Positions 54,578 through 64,000 are shown, counted from the first letter of the stretch. The stretch is 64,000 bases of DNA from Candidatus Zixiibacteriota bacterium (GCA_023138975.1 JAGLON010000018.1:32381-96380), one strand, 5' to 3'. The notes: generated from the letters alone by a model not told the origin. Made by a program: numbers and translations.

Positions 54578-55405
54578 TTATATCGATCCGCTGACGTTAT
54601 AAAGTTTCATAAGATTCATAAGCTCAGTATTGATGCCGAGATTGACTTTTTGGAGGATCATTGAGAAAGCCGGTAAAGACAGACCAAAGACTAGTAATCC
54701 CACAAAAATTTTCAAAGGGAACCCGACGATGAAGATGTTCATCTGGGGCATTGTCCGGGCCAAAACACCCATCGCTATTTCCAAAAGAAATATTGTTATC
54801 ATTACCGGAGCGGCAAATTTGACCGCCAAGACAAATACAAAAGAGCTGTATTTTAACAGCCATTCGCCGATATCCGCCGATGGTGTCGCCATTCCCAAGG
54901 GAATTAATTGAAAGGAATTTACAAGACCGCTGATAATCATATGATGCCCGTTGATTATCAGGAAAATCAGTGTCCCCAGCAGAAACCACAACTCACCTAA
55001 AATCGACACTGGACTGGTTGAATTGGGATCCATAACGTTTACCATCGAGAATCCGATTTGATAACCGACAATCGAACCTGCCAATCTGGCGGCTATAAAA
55101 ATGAAACTGAATACGGTACCGATTAAAACACCGACAAACATTTCCCTGAAACACAGAATCAGCAAATCAACAAGATTAGCTGTTTCTGGGAGTGGAGTGG
55201 AAATCATAATCGGTAACAGCACGACCGTTAACCCGAGTGACATTGAGACGGTAAACTTTTTGGGGATGGCGCGATGCGAAAAGACCGGAGCGGTCAGCAT
55301 AATTCCACCGACTCGCATCATCAACAATATGAAAAGTTGAATTTTTTCCGCACCTAAATTAATAAAATCAAACAAGCTTCTTCCACCCGCATTAATGGTT
55401 ATCAC
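54578..55405 (-). CDS. fliR: Flagellar export protein FliR
   Basis: A polytopic 275-aa protein in the fliPQR-flhB order. Typical sequence includes LLMMRVGGIMLTAPVF. Confidence 0.9.
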   Translation of the reverse strand: MITINAGGRSLFDFINLGAEKIQLFILLMMRVGGIMLTAPVFSHRAIPKKFTVSMSLGLTVVLLPIMISTPLPETANLVDLLILCFREMFVGVLIGTVFSFIFIAARLAGSIVGYQIGFSMVNVMDPNSTSPVSILGELWFLLGTLIFLIINGHHMIISGLVNSFQLIPLGMATPSADIGEWLLKYSSFVFVLAVKFAAPVMITIFLLEIAMGVLARTMPQMNIFIVGFPLKIFVGLLVFGLSLPAFSMILQKVNLGINTELMNLMKLYNVSGSI

Positions 55406-55558
55406 TTTCCTTTATGCAACCATTGTGCCGAAGTGAAACACCTTATGCGAAGGATTTATCTTGTTGGCTTTTAATGACTTAGAGTCGATGCAGAGGGGCC
55501 GACTCTGGGTTGAGCCGACCCGATGGGAAGAGAATGCCCGTAGGCATAGGAATATTTT

Positions 55559-55828
55559 TCACGCAACCAATCCAGGGATGGACTCAAATATCCTGGTCGT
55601 AAAATCAACTAGCAGATTTATCATCCAAGGCAGGAAAACTAAAAGCGCTGTCGCAACGGCAATAATCTTTGGAATAAAGGTTAAAGTCATTTCGTGAATC
55701 TGCGTTACCGCCTGAAAAAGTGAAATGATTAACCCCACAGTCAACCCAAAGGCCAACATCGGTGCAGAAACCATAAGAGTCAGGATAATCGCTTCACGCC
55801 CTAGAGCAAGTACAAATTGAGTATTCAT
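55559..55828 (-). CDS. fliQ: Flagellar export protein FliQ
   Basis: 89 aa with two TM segments. It contains QAVTQIHEMTLTFIPK. Confidence 0.9.
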   Translation of the reverse strand: MNTQFVLALGREAIILTLMVSAPMLAFGLTVGLIISLFQAVTQIHEMTLTFIPKIIAVATALLVFLPWMINLLVDFTTRIFESIPGLVA

Positions 55829-55839
55829 ATTTCGTCTAC

Positions 55840-56619
55840 CTATCTAAATGATTCCACCAATGCTTTGACAATCAGATACCAACCATCAACCAAAACGAAA
55901 AGTAATATTTTAAACGGGAGCGCTACCATGATTGGTGGCAACATCATCATACCCATAGACATCAGAACCGATGCGACCACCATATCTATGATTAAAAATG
56001 GTATAAAAACTACGAACGCTATCTGAAATGCCGTACGTAATTCGGATAAAACAAAGCCCGGGATTAGCAAACGTAACGGTATGTCGTCTTTATTCTGAGG
56101 TCGCTCCATACCGGATAATTTGACGAACAAGGCAAGATCTTTTTCACGGACTTGCTTGAGCATAAAACTTTTTATCGGCTCTATCCCTTTATCAAATGCG
56201 ATTTCCTGAGTTATTTCGCCATCCAAATATGGTTTTAATCCCTGATCATAGGCTTGATTTGCCACTGGTGTCATCACAAAAAATGTTAGAATTAGCGCCA
56301 ATGATATAATTAACTGATTAGGTGGCATTTGGTTAGTACCAATTGCTTGACGTAGAAACGACAGCACTACCGCAATTCGAATAAACGACGTCATCATAAC
56401 CAATATTGAGGGTGCCAAGGTCAGCACCGTCAACATCAAAACAATTTGAAGACCTGTTGTTAAATCCTGTGGATTTTCTGTTGGTTCTACTCCGAACGAT
56501 ATTTTCGGCAACGATGACTGAGCCTCAGCCGTTGCAACTATAAGACTACTGCTCAACAGGACAAATATTCCGATCCAGAAGAGCATTTTTGCCTTATTGA
56601 GGTCACGCACTGTTTTCAT
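55840..56619 (-). CDS. fliP: Flagellar export protein FliP
   Basis: It has a signal peptide plus the conserved segments LTLAPSILVMMTSFIRIAVVLSFLRQAIG and PFKILLFVLVDGW. Confidence 0.95.
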   Translation of the reverse strand: MKTVRDLNKAKMLFWIGIFVLLSSSLIVATAEAQSSLPKISFGVEPTENPQDLTTGLQIVLMLTVLTLAPSILVMMTSFIRIAVVLSFLRQAIGTNQMPPNQLIISLALILTFFVMTPVANQAYDQGLKPYLDGEITQEIAFDKGIEPIKSFMLKQVREKDLALFVKLSGMERPQNKDDIPLRLLIPGFVLSELRTAFQIAFVVFIPFLIIDMVVASVLMSMGMMMLPPIMVALPFKILLFVLVDGWYLIVKALVESFR

Positions 56620-57163
56620 GCGATCCTCCCTGGGTACTTTTGGCCCCGAATAGCTTTCCTGTCGCGCTGCTTAAGAGTTGTGAGAAACCGACTTCAGATT
56701 TCCGGGATTGAATCCGGTTTTCTTCGGGCAGGTCGTCCCAGTTGCATTCGGTCAGCATACTGATTGTATTGTCAGTAACGCCCACCAGCACTGCCCGGTC
56801 AGCCATTTTCAAAAGACAAACCGACTTTTTTGGCGCAATGTACGTTTGCTCGATGACCGTAACGGTTTTAAAACGCCCGCCGCCGCCCAGCCGTTTTCCG
56901 GATAGTTTTTTCAACATAAAAACCGTTCCGTATATCACACAAATGATGATAATTAGAGCCATCCCGATTCGGGATAATGATGGTAATATGTCTTCGGTAA
57001 CCGAAGGTACCAAAGGTGCGGCGACTCCAACAGAATCTAGTTCTTCAAAGATCCCGCTTTCGACCGCCTGAGATTGCCCCGTGTCCGTATCCGCCGACGC
57101 TTCCCATGCGCCCAGCAGGACGAAGGCAAGGCATATCATCCAGGTTACAAGTTTGAACTTCAT
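56603..57163 (-). CDS. fliO: FliO/FliZ-like flagellar biosynthesis protein
   Basis: A single-TM protein immediately upstream of fliP, overlapping it by 17 nt. The call rests on position and topology. Confidence 0.6.
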   Translation of the reverse strand: MKFKLVTWMICLAFVLLGAWEASADTDTGQSQAVESGIFEELDSVGVAAPLVPSVTEDILPSLSRIGMALIIIICVIYGTVFMLKKLSGKRLGGGGRFKTVTVIEQTYIAPKKSVCLLKMADRAVLVGVTDNTISMLTECNWDDLPEENRIQSRKSEVGFSQLLSSATGKLFGAKSTQGGSHENSA

Positions 57164-57190
57164 ATCTTCCTCTTCTCTGCATTTTCATTC

Positions 57191-57913
57191 CTATAGCTGA
57201 GCCATGCTCTTGAGCCGCTCTTCCGGCGACATCAACAAAGTTACGCGCACGCCGAAGTTTTCATCGACAACGACGACCTCACCTTTGGCGATAACGACAT
57301 TGTTCACAAGAAGATCAACCGGTTCACCAGCGAGCTTGTTTAACTCAACAACTGAACCCGGTCCTAATGTGAGCAAATCTGAGATAGCCATTTCGGTGCG
57401 GCCTAACTCGATCGAGACTTGCATTTTGACGTCCAACAGCATTTCAATATTACGACTGTTCTCATTAGAACTACCACTCGGACTGAGCTGTTGAAACTCA
57501 ACCGGATTAGCCGCTGGCTGCTCCATCTGTACTCCGCTCAGATCGGGGAATTCGTCCACCGAACCTTCGCTTTGACTGTCTTCACCGCTCTCTTCTTCGA
57601 GCATTCTCAACATTGCCGCTTCGGCATCATCTTCTGAAGCATCGTTTTCATTAACGACTTTGTCGACTTCCGGATCGTCACCTCCGGTTTCGGCATTTAC
57701 CAAAGCATCAATATCATCCTGCCCCATTTCACTGACAGCATCAGCATCAATGCCTCCTCCCTCAGCCTTTTCAGCTTCGGCGGCACCGTCTGCTCCTTCT
57801 GCGTTTTCAGCTTCAGCAGCGTCTTCATTTTCCTCTGAGGGTGAATCTTCCACGCCGCTCACCGACCCTTGTTCCTCATCCAATGAGCCGTCCGGTTTAA
57901 TTTCATCCGGCAT
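57191..57913 (-). CDS. fliN: Flagellar switch protein FliN with long acidic N-terminal extension
   Basis: The C-terminal SpoA domain reads [59 protein letters not shown]. The N-terminal ~150 aa is Asp/Glu/Ala-rich. Confidence 0.9.
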   Translation of the reverse strand: MPDEIKPDGSLDEEQGSVSGVEDSPSEENEDAAEAENAEGADGAAEAEKAEGGGIDADAVSEMGQDDIDALVNAETGGDDPEVDKVVNENDASEDDAEAAMLRMLEEESGEDSQSEGSVDEFPDLSGVQMEQPAANPVEFQQLSPSGSSNENSRNIEMLLDVKMQVSIELGRTEMAISDLLTLGPGSVVELNKLAGEPVDLLVNNVVIAKGEVVVVDENFGVRVTLLMSPEERLKSMAQL

Positions 57914-57919
57914 TCCAGA

Positions 57920-58915
57920 TTACTCCTTTCCTAATTCTTCTAAAACGTTCGTTACAATAAATCCCTTTTTATTACCGACTGTACCCGGACGCGCGGTGAA
58001 TTTTATGCTGTTTTTCACCATAATGTCGACTTCACGGGTAATTTTATTATCGGTTGTAATGACATCCCCGACTTTCATGTCGATAAAATCACGGATACGA
58101 ACCGATGTTTTAGCCAATAGCGCTTGCACCGGTACCTTCAAGCGCATCAAATTATCCTTATTAATTTCCTCATCTGCGCTTTGGGTTTTTCTTTTAGTCG
58201 CGTCAATCCAGTTTTGGGCCGACAGTTTTCCTATTATATTTTCAAGGGCAACATATGGGTAACAAATTGTGATCAAGCCGGTTGACTGTAAAAGCTTCAA
58301 CTGGAATGATATAACTATTACCGTTTCGCCGGGAGGTACAATCTGGACAAACTGTGGGTTTGTCTCAAGGCTGGCCTGCTTAATCTTGATCGGGCAGATA
58401 TGCGCCCAGGCATCCTCAAGCTCCTTGTAAATAACTTTCACAATACGATTCATGAGTGAGCGCTCAATACCGGTTAATTCACGACCGGTATCTACAACTT
58501 TTCCCTGACCGCCAAACATACGCTCGATAAAAGCGTAAGTTAGCGTCGGGTTGAAATCAACAATACAAGCGCCCTCAAGCGGCTCTCCGGTAAACGTAAA
58601 AGTGCACGATGGAGAAACCAGCGACATGACAAACTCGCTATAAGTAATCTGATCAACGGAGACCAAATCGACATCAAGCATCGCCCGATGGATATTAGAG
58701 AGCACCGATCCGATATGCCCGGCAAAGTTATCGTGCATATTCTCCAGAGTTCTCAGCTGATCTTTTGACACTCGGTTTGGGTGCTTAAAATCATACACTA
58801 CAACCGAGCGTAATCGATCCTCTTCCTTCTCCTCCGGTTGCTCTGTTAAATCATCGCCCGCCGAAACGGTTGACAATAGAGCATCAATCTCATCCTGTGA
58901 AAGTATCTTTGCCAC
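57920..58915 (-). CDS. fliM: Flagellar switch protein FliM
   Basis: The N-terminal CheY-binding peptide is ILSQDEIDALLS. It has a typical middle domain and a C-terminal SpoA-like domain. Confidence 0.95.
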   Translation of the reverse strand: MAKILSQDEIDALLSTVSAGDDLTEQPEEKEEDRLRSVVVYDFKHPNRVSKDQLRTLENMHDNFAGHIGSVLSNIHRAMLDVDLVSVDQITYSEFVMSLVSPSCTFTFTGEPLEGACIVDFNPTLTYAFIERMFGGQGKVVDTGRELTGIERSLMNRIVKVIYKELEDAWAHICPIKIKQASLETNPQFVQIVPPGETVIVISFQLKLLQSTGLITICYPYVALENIIGKLSAQNWIDATKRKTQSADEEINKDNLMRLKVPVQALLAKTSVRIRDFIDMKVGDVITTDNKITREVDIMVKNSIKFTARPGTVGNKKGFIVTNVLEELGKE

Positions 58916-58927
58916 AACAAAACCTCT

Positions 58928-59539
58928 TTACTGTAGTACAAATTCCGTAAAATAAACCGCTTCAACATCATCGGTCTTTAATAATTTCTGAACCCGTAGT
59001 TTAATGAGTTTACGGAGTCGTTGACGTTGCTTAAAATCACTTAATTCCGGAATTGACTGCGATGATAATATTGTTATCAAGGCATCCCTGACGACAATAT
59101 TTTTCTCCCTGAATTTTGACGAGGCTTTTCCGGTTTTAAGCTCAAAACCGATGCTTGTCGCCAAAAATCGAGTTCCGCCGGTCCCCGCCGGGTTAACGAC
59201 AATATTATTTATCAAAATCATATTGGCATCGCCAGCTTCTTCTTCGCCGCCATGACCGCCGCCATGGCCGCCGGAATCTTCTTCCGGTTCGGCTTCAGCA
59301 TGCGCATCTTCTTCGCCATGACTGTCACTGTCAGCAGTTTCGCCTTCAACTTGTTCGGTTTCTTCCCCGCCTGACAACATCGGTTTAACTATTTTGGCGG
59401 TTACAAACCAAGCCGCAATAATCATCACGACGACAATCCCGCCAAGAATTCCGTATTTCTTGATTGCCGATGAGCCGCCGGATTTTGACGATTCTTCGTT
59501 CTCGTCAACCTCGACCATTGTGCTGTCTTCATCAGCCAT
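58928..59539 (-). CDS. fliL: Flagellar basal-body-associated protein FliL with acidic/His-Gly-rich insertion
   Basis: I prefer the start at 59539 (MADEDS), with GGGAGA 6 nt upstream and no overlap with flbD. It has a TM segment, and the conserved core reads ILINNIVVNPAGTGGTRFLATSIGFEL. Confidence 0.85.
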   Translation of the reverse strand: MADEDSTMVEVDENEESSKSGGSSAIKKYGILGGIVVVMIIAAWFVTAKIVKPMLSGGEETEQVEGETADSDSHGEEDAHAEAEPEEDSGGHGGGHGGEEEAGDANMILINNIVVNPAGTGGTRFLATSIGFELKTGKASSKFREKNIVVRDALITILSSQSIPELSDFKQRQRLRKLIKLRVQKLLKTDDVEAVYFTEFVLQ

Positions 59540-59549
59540 AATTTTCTCC

Positions 59550-59759
59550 CTATATGACAGCTTCCTTCGGGGTTTTAATCCCCGAAGCAAGCCACTTAAA
59601 TTCCGCTACTTTTTCTATAACTAAATCGGATGATTCCTGAACCATGATTTTCTTGCCGCTGACAAGAGTGATAATCGTATCCGGCATTTCCTCGACAAAC
59701 TCAATTAAATCCGAGTTTATCACCAGGTCATTACCATTTAGTCTCGTTACTTTAATCAC
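59550..59759 (-). CDS. flbD: Flagellar protein FlbD
   Basis: The sequence reads MIKVTRLNGNDLVINSDLIEFVEEMPDTIITLVSGKKIMVQES. It lies downstream of flgE. Confidence 0.9.
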   Translation of the reverse strand: MIKVTRLNGNDLVINSDLIEFVEEMPDTIITLVSGKKIMVQESSDLVIEKVAEFKWLASGIKTPKEAVI

Positions 59760-59774
59760 GATTCAAAAACCTCA

Positions 59775-61736
59775 TTACCGTTTCAGATTAACTAATTCGT
59801 CAAGCATATTATCAGATGTCGTAATCACTCGGGCATTAGCCTGAAAACCGCGCTGAGCAGTAATCATATTGGTGAATTCCATGGCGATATCAACATTCGA
59901 CGATTCCAGGGCGCCGGAACTAACGGCACCGGCAATTGTCTCACCTGCAGTACCGTGAATAGCCGCACCAGAGTTGGCTGAGACCTGATAAACATTTCCA
60001 CCGCTCTTCAACAGACCGGATTTATTATTGAAATCCGCCAGGGTCAGTTGGGCCAATACTCGCGAGATACCATTAGAAAAGATACCGTTAATAGTACCGG
60101 CTGAGTCAAAACCGATTTTCTCAAGAATACCCATCGAATAACCGTCTTGCTGAATCGCCGATGCAGTGTGGGCGGAGTTAAACCCCGTTAAGCCGCTGAA
60201 ACTTGAGGACTGGCCTGCACTAATAATCATATCTACTACCTCTGCTCCGGTACCAGGATCAAAACGAAGCGAGTTGGCGCCGCCGTTATAATTAAAACTG
60301 AGCAATGAGCCATCCTGATTAAACCGAACGGAACCCGATCCACCTTCCAAAATAGTTTCGTTATTGGGTAAATCTACTTCCCAATCCCAAAGATTCAGAG
60401 TTGTCGAACGAGTGAAGGTAATAACTGTCGAATGTTTACCACCCTGAGAGTCATATGTAATGATAGAAGTTGAATGCTGAGTCGGTAACGTCTCAAAACT
60501 AAGTGTTCCAGTGCTAAATCCACCAGCTGACTTTTGAATTGTTATCCCGCCTCCGCCGACACCTTCTATGGCATTGGCCAAACCGGTAGTTGAATCAACT
60601 AAAACCGTTAAACCGATACCAGCTTCGGCAGGTTTATCGTAAGGTGTAAAAACATCAAGTGCGGTAAAGGTATGATTCTGACCGTTGTTAGCGATAGCCA
60701 CACCGGCATCCGCGGTACCAAATAAACGGTTTACCATGTTACCATTAGCCGCGTCAGTAGCAATTGATGCAGAAGTCTGAATATTAAAATCACCACCATT
60801 ACCGGCATAAGATCGAGTCATAACTAATTGTACATTATTAGGATTTGTCGTATCCAGAGTACAGTCCACACCAGCCAGATCGTTTATAGAATTGACAACA
60901 TCCTGAATGGTAGATTGAGCATTCAGATTAATAATGCTATTGATTGCCGTCCCGTCGACAGTAATTGTTAAGGCGTAATCATCGACACCCATTGCTGCCA
61001 GAGTTGTTGTTGGGGTCATTGCACCGAATAAATTCGCGCCTGTAAAGACGGAATTAACAGCCTGACCGTTACCGCCGTTGTCGCTAATAGTAATACTATG
61101 CTCACCGCCAGCGCCATTGTCAGCCGTTCCGGTAATAGTGTCAATCCCGGTCAAACCAGAATTAATAGTGTTTGTATCAACTCGCGACTCGGTCGCGTCA
61201 CTATCGAGGTTGTTGGCCAGGTATAGCATCGAGGTAGCATGGGCCGGATCCTGCTGACCAAACGGTAAAGTAATATCACCGATTGTTGCCAGAGCCGGAA
61301 TACGACCGGTTTGATCGGCCATTCTACCTTGGACTTTCATACCCGTGGCCGGGTCAACCAAAGAACTTTCGGCGTCAACACCAAACGCTCCGGAGCGAGT
61401 GTAATACTCACCCTGACCGTCGGACAGGATGAAGAATCCTGAACCCTGAATCGCAAGATCAGTAATCTGACCGGTAGTCTCGAGTCCGCCCTGTGTAAAC
61501 AGAGTGTCAACGGTGGCGACTTTCATACCCAGACCGATTTGAACCGGGTTGGTACCACCGGAGATTGCCGATGGACGTCCCGCGCCCTTAATAGTCTGAA
61601 CCAACGCATCCTGAAACAGCACACGGCCGCTCTTGAACCCGGTTGTATTGACATTTGCAATATTGTTACCAATCACATTCATTCTCACTTGGTGGTTACG
61701 TAATCCGGTTACTCCGGAAAAAAGTGAACTCATCAT
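59775..61736 (-). CDS. flgE: Flagellar hook protein FlgE (large, with inserted middle domains)
   Basis: The N-terminus is SLFSGVTGLRNHQVRMNVIGNNIANVNTTGFK and the C-terminus is MITAQRGFQANARVITTSDNMLDELVNLKR. Confidence 0.95.
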   Translation of the reverse strand: MMSSLFSGVTGLRNHQVRMNVIGNNIANVNTTGFKSGRVLFQDALVQTIKGAGRPSAISGGTNPVQIGLGMKVATVDTLFTQGGLETTGQITDLAIQGSGFFILSDGQGEYYTRSGAFGVDAESSLVDPATGMKVQGRMADQTGRIPALATIGDITLPFGQQDPAHATSMLYLANNLDSDATESRVDTNTINSGLTGIDTITGTADNGAGGEHSITISDNGGNGQAVNSVFTGANLFGAMTPTTTLAAMGVDDYALTITVDGTAINSIINLNAQSTIQDVVNSINDLAGVDCTLDTTNPNNVQLVMTRSYAGNGGDFNIQTSASIATDAANGNMVNRLFGTADAGVAIANNGQNHTFTALDVFTPYDKPAEAGIGLTVLVDSTTGLANAIEGVGGGGITIQKSAGGFSTGTLSFETLPTQHSTSIITYDSQGGKHSTVITFTRSTTLNLWDWEVDLPNNETILEGGSGSVRFNQDGSLLSFNYNGGANSLRFDPGTGAEVVDMIISAGQSSSFSGLTGFNSAHTASAIQQDGYSMGILEKIGFDSAGTINGIFSNGISRVLAQLTLADFNNKSGLLKSGGNVYQVSANSGAAIHGTAGETIAGAVSSGALESSNVDIAMEFTNMITAQRGFQANARVITTSDNMLDELVNLKR

Positions 61737-61835
61737 AAGAGTACATCCTCCTTATGTGCGTTCCGACCCCTCCGTCTTAACGGAGTCCAGTCGTTCGCTT
61801 TGTTATTGTTAATCCGTTTTTTCATCATTTCTTCT

Positions 61836-62237
61836 TCACAAAATCACCGCGCTGTCAATCGATGTAAACACGCCATCCCGAAGATTCTCCCGGTCAAACG
61901 CGGTAATAACTGTTCGATTTGGTACCGACACGACATAGGCCGCGTCGTCTGAAAGTATCAGAGATTCGCGAGCGCCTTTGGCCTCGGCTTTGTCAATTGC
62001 CTCGGATAAAGCGTTCAGTTTCTCATTGCTGAGATTGACCCCGCGTGAATGTAAACGAGCCTTGGCATGAGCCGAAAAATGTACCCGTTTCTCCCGATTA
62101 ACCACTTCATCCAAAGTCGTCTTGAAGTTGACCTTGGAGACGTTATTAGTCGGGCGGTTGAGACGTTCAGGCATCACGTTCGTCCGGTTTACTTTCACCG
62201 GTAAATTCAGACTCTGATATGCGGATACTTTTAACAT
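61836..62237 (-). CDS. Small flagellar operon protein (TIGR02530-like) between flgD and flgE
   Basis: The sequence VHFSAHAKARLHSRGVNLSNEKLNALSEAIDKAEAKGARESLIL and its position are typical of this family. Confidence 0.6.
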   Translation of the reverse strand: MLKVSAYQSLNLPVKVNRTNVMPERLNRPTNNVSKVNFKTTLDEVVNREKRVHFSAHAKARLHSRGVNLSNEKLNALSEAIDKAEAKGARESLILSDDAAYVVSVPNRTVITAFDRENLRDGVFTSIDSAVIL

Positions 62238-62241
62238 TATC

Positions 62242-62916
62242 CTAACCCTCGTTTACTTCATTGACTGCGGCCAGCGGTATATTCTGACCGTTGATACTCA
62301 GGAGAGCATAGCCGTCTTTATAAATAATGCCTTTGACTTTACCTTCCATGAATTGCGATGGTGTAAATTTATTACCGTTGCCGTCAAGAGCGGTAATTTC
62401 AATGGTATACATACCCGAAACGACCTGTACACCGGAATCATCGGTGCCGTCCCAGTTAATAACATGATCCCCTTTATCCATCCCGCGCTCAGTAATTGAC
62501 CTGACCACATTCCCGTTGGAATCCTTGATATTGATGGTCATTTCCGAGGTTGTGCGGTCGAGATTTACCGCGATATCAGCCGCTCCCGCGGTTTCCAGAT
62601 AAACCTGCGATGAGTCGGCTCGTACCGTACGGCCGATAAGCGATGTGGCCATCGTATTGGAAATCGTCTGCGACAACAGATAGTCCCAGTTGAGACTGTC
62701 GGTCAAAGATTGGTTCATGTTCTCCATTTGCTCAAGGGATGAAAACTGAGCCAACTGAGCAACAAAGGCTTCGTTTTTCATCGGCTCGGTAGGGTCCTGA
62801 TGAGCAAGCTGAGCTACTAATAACTGCAAGAATTCATCTTTACCCATCTCCTTTTTAGGGGGCGCAGCCTGACCGAAATTAGAGCTGTCAACATATGTAA
62901 TATTGTCTATTGGCAT
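62242..62916 (-). CDS. flgD: Flagellar hook capping/assembly protein FlgD
   Basis: It contains EFLQLLVAQLAHQDPTEPMKNEAFVAQLAQFSSLEQ plus an Ig-like C-terminal domain. Confidence 0.95.
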   Translation of the reverse strand: MPIDNITYVDSSNFGQAAPPKKEMGKDEFLQLLVAQLAHQDPTEPMKNEAFVAQLAQFSSLEQMENMNQSLTDSLNWDYLLSQTISNTMATSLIGRTVRADSSQVYLETAGAADIAVNLDRTTSEMTINIKDSNGNVVRSITERGMDKGDHVINWDGTDDSGVQVVSGMYTIEITALDGNGNKFTPSQFMEGKVKGIIYKDGYALLSINGQNIPLAAVNEVNEG

Positions 62917-62928
62917 CTATTTGCCTCC

Positions 62929-63999
62929 CTACGCCAGGTAATTCACCATGACATTATCAAAACTCTCGTCGGTCATGGTCAATCCCTTTTGAAGTTCCTG
63001 ATTGAATCGATTAAACTGATGCTTCTGCTGTTCCTGACCGCTAAAATGTCCCTGTTGATAATATTGGCTGCCCGAAAAAGCCGAACCTCGATTCGATTCA
63101 TTAACATGTAAATGAAGAGAATCAACTTTTATTCCGGACGCTGACAATTGGGATTCCAATTGCCCCAGATTCCGTTCCACAGCCTGTTTGGCCTGCATGG
63201 AATCAAGGGTCAGGTTCACGGTTACAACACCGCGATGGCTGACTATTGATAACTCCATCTTACCCAATTGAGCTGGTAATAACTGAATCTGTATTTTCTG
63301 TCCGGGCTGATTCATCTTTAATTGCTCAAGACTATTATTCAGGTTGTAAAACCTGACCTGAGGATTATCCTGAGCCACTTCCGGTTTTGCGATAGAAGCC
63401 GCTTCCGAAGCAAAATCTACCGAGGCGACCGAATGATTTTCTGCTGTCTTTGACACCAGGTTAAGCATGTCAAAGTCAGATTGTTTACTGGTCAGATTAT
63501 TCTGATTCATAAAAGAGTTCTGTTTTGAGTTGAAGGTCGGAATGATTTTCTCATTGCCAGACTCAACCTCAGCAGTCCCCTTTGAGGTGAACAGATCACC
63601 CAGCGCCTTTTGCGGTGCAAGCTTAGCCGAACCGCTTAATTTAGTAGCGGCCTTAGGAAGGACGGTCTGAGAAGTCGGTAAATTCCCATCATCAATGTTT
63701 TCAATAATCAGTGATTTTACACCCAGATTGCCGAGCAAATCTGTTAGCATTTTCTGATTGCCTGCGTTGACGGTTTCTTTACCAGTCAACACTTCGGGAA
63801 TACCACTTCTGTTTTGAATCCCATTCAAATTTCCGGCGATATCCAATTTTAGCCGGACCGAAACATCCTCCCCGGCCGCTGTACGAAGTTGGGCGTCCGC
63901 CACAAGGCGATTGCCAACCTGCTCGACCGTCCGAAGTCGCATCGGTATCAACATTGCTTTCTCATCTTCGACTTCCATTTCAGGCATCAGAGCATTCAA
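62929..63999 (-). CDS. fliK: Flagellar hook-length control protein FliK (N-terminus beyond window end)
   Basis: The C-terminal Flg_hook domain reads IQLLPAQLGKMELSIVSHRGVVTVNLTLDSMQAKQAVERNLGQLESQL. The ORF is open to the window edge. Confidence 0.8.
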   Translation of the reverse strand: MNALMPEMEVEDEKAMLIPMRLRTVEQVGNRLVADAQLRTAAGEDVSVRLKLDIAGNLNGIQNRSGIPEVLTGKETVNAGNQKMLTDLLGNLGVKSLIIENIDDGNLPTSQTVLPKAATKLSGSAKLAPQKALGDLFTSKGTAEVESGNEKIIPTFNSKQNSFMNQNNLTSKQSDFDMLNLVSKTAENHSVASVDFASEAASIAKPEVAQDNPQVRFYNLNNSLEQLKMNQPGQKIQIQLLPAQLGKMELSIVSHRGVVTVNLTLDSMQAKQAVERNLGQLESQLSASGIKVDSLHLHVNESNRGSAFSGSQYYQQGHFSGQEQQKHQFNRFNQELQKGLTMTDESFDNVMVNYLA

Positions 64000-64000
64000 T

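Noticed and set aside
57660-58262. 200-aa plus-strand ORF (Ser/Ala/Pro-rich) antisense to fliN/fliM
   Set aside because: It is the antisense translation of the GAx/GCx-rich acidic region of fliN. It is low complexity, has no RBS, and is fully embedded in two well-supported flagellar genes.

Overview
The window holds a left flank gene, about 32 kb of accessory DNA, and a 27 kb flagellar operon. (1) 1-4242 is the 3' ~4.2 kb of a secreted C25 (gingipain-like) peptidase/FG-GAP protein with a T9SS-type C-terminal tail. (2) 4.5-36.9 kb is bounded on the right by tRNA-Ser(GCU) (36936-37025, minus strand). It contains two more partial copies of that tRNA's 3' end (4528-4549 and 12496-12517), each with conserved flanking arms. 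I read this as two related, integrase-less islands integrated in tandem. Island A (4.5-12.5 kb) carries a decayed excisionase-like gene, an exported TPR-CHAT protease, a zf-HC2 anti-sigma factor, an ECF sigma factor, and an S8 subtilase with dockerin-like repeats and a T9SS tail. Island B (12.5-36.9 kb) carries a 2618-aa SpvB/TcB-like plus RHS/YD cocoon protein with a C-terminal polymorphic toxin and no obvious immunity gene. It also carries a Cys-rich secreted peptide with a membrane thioredoxin-like protein, a second paralogous ECF sigma/anti-sigma/TPR-CHAT trio, and an 11-gene type IV filament (T4P/T2SS-like) cluster. (3) 37.1-64.0 kb is one co-directional minus-strand operon, fliK-flgD-flgE-flbD-fliLMNOPQR-flhBAFG-fliA. 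It is followed by an unusual signalling tail: a DUF2225-like Zn-ribbon protein, three PilZ proteins, a GAF/kinase-like pair, three REC proteins, a mini MCP-tip-like protein, a CheW with a histone-H1-like tail, and FapA. I saw no rRNA, CRISPR array, transposase or intact integrase. My lineage guess, at low confidence, is an uncultured FCB-superphylum-like diderm. All identity and GC values are hand estimates from the printed sequence.
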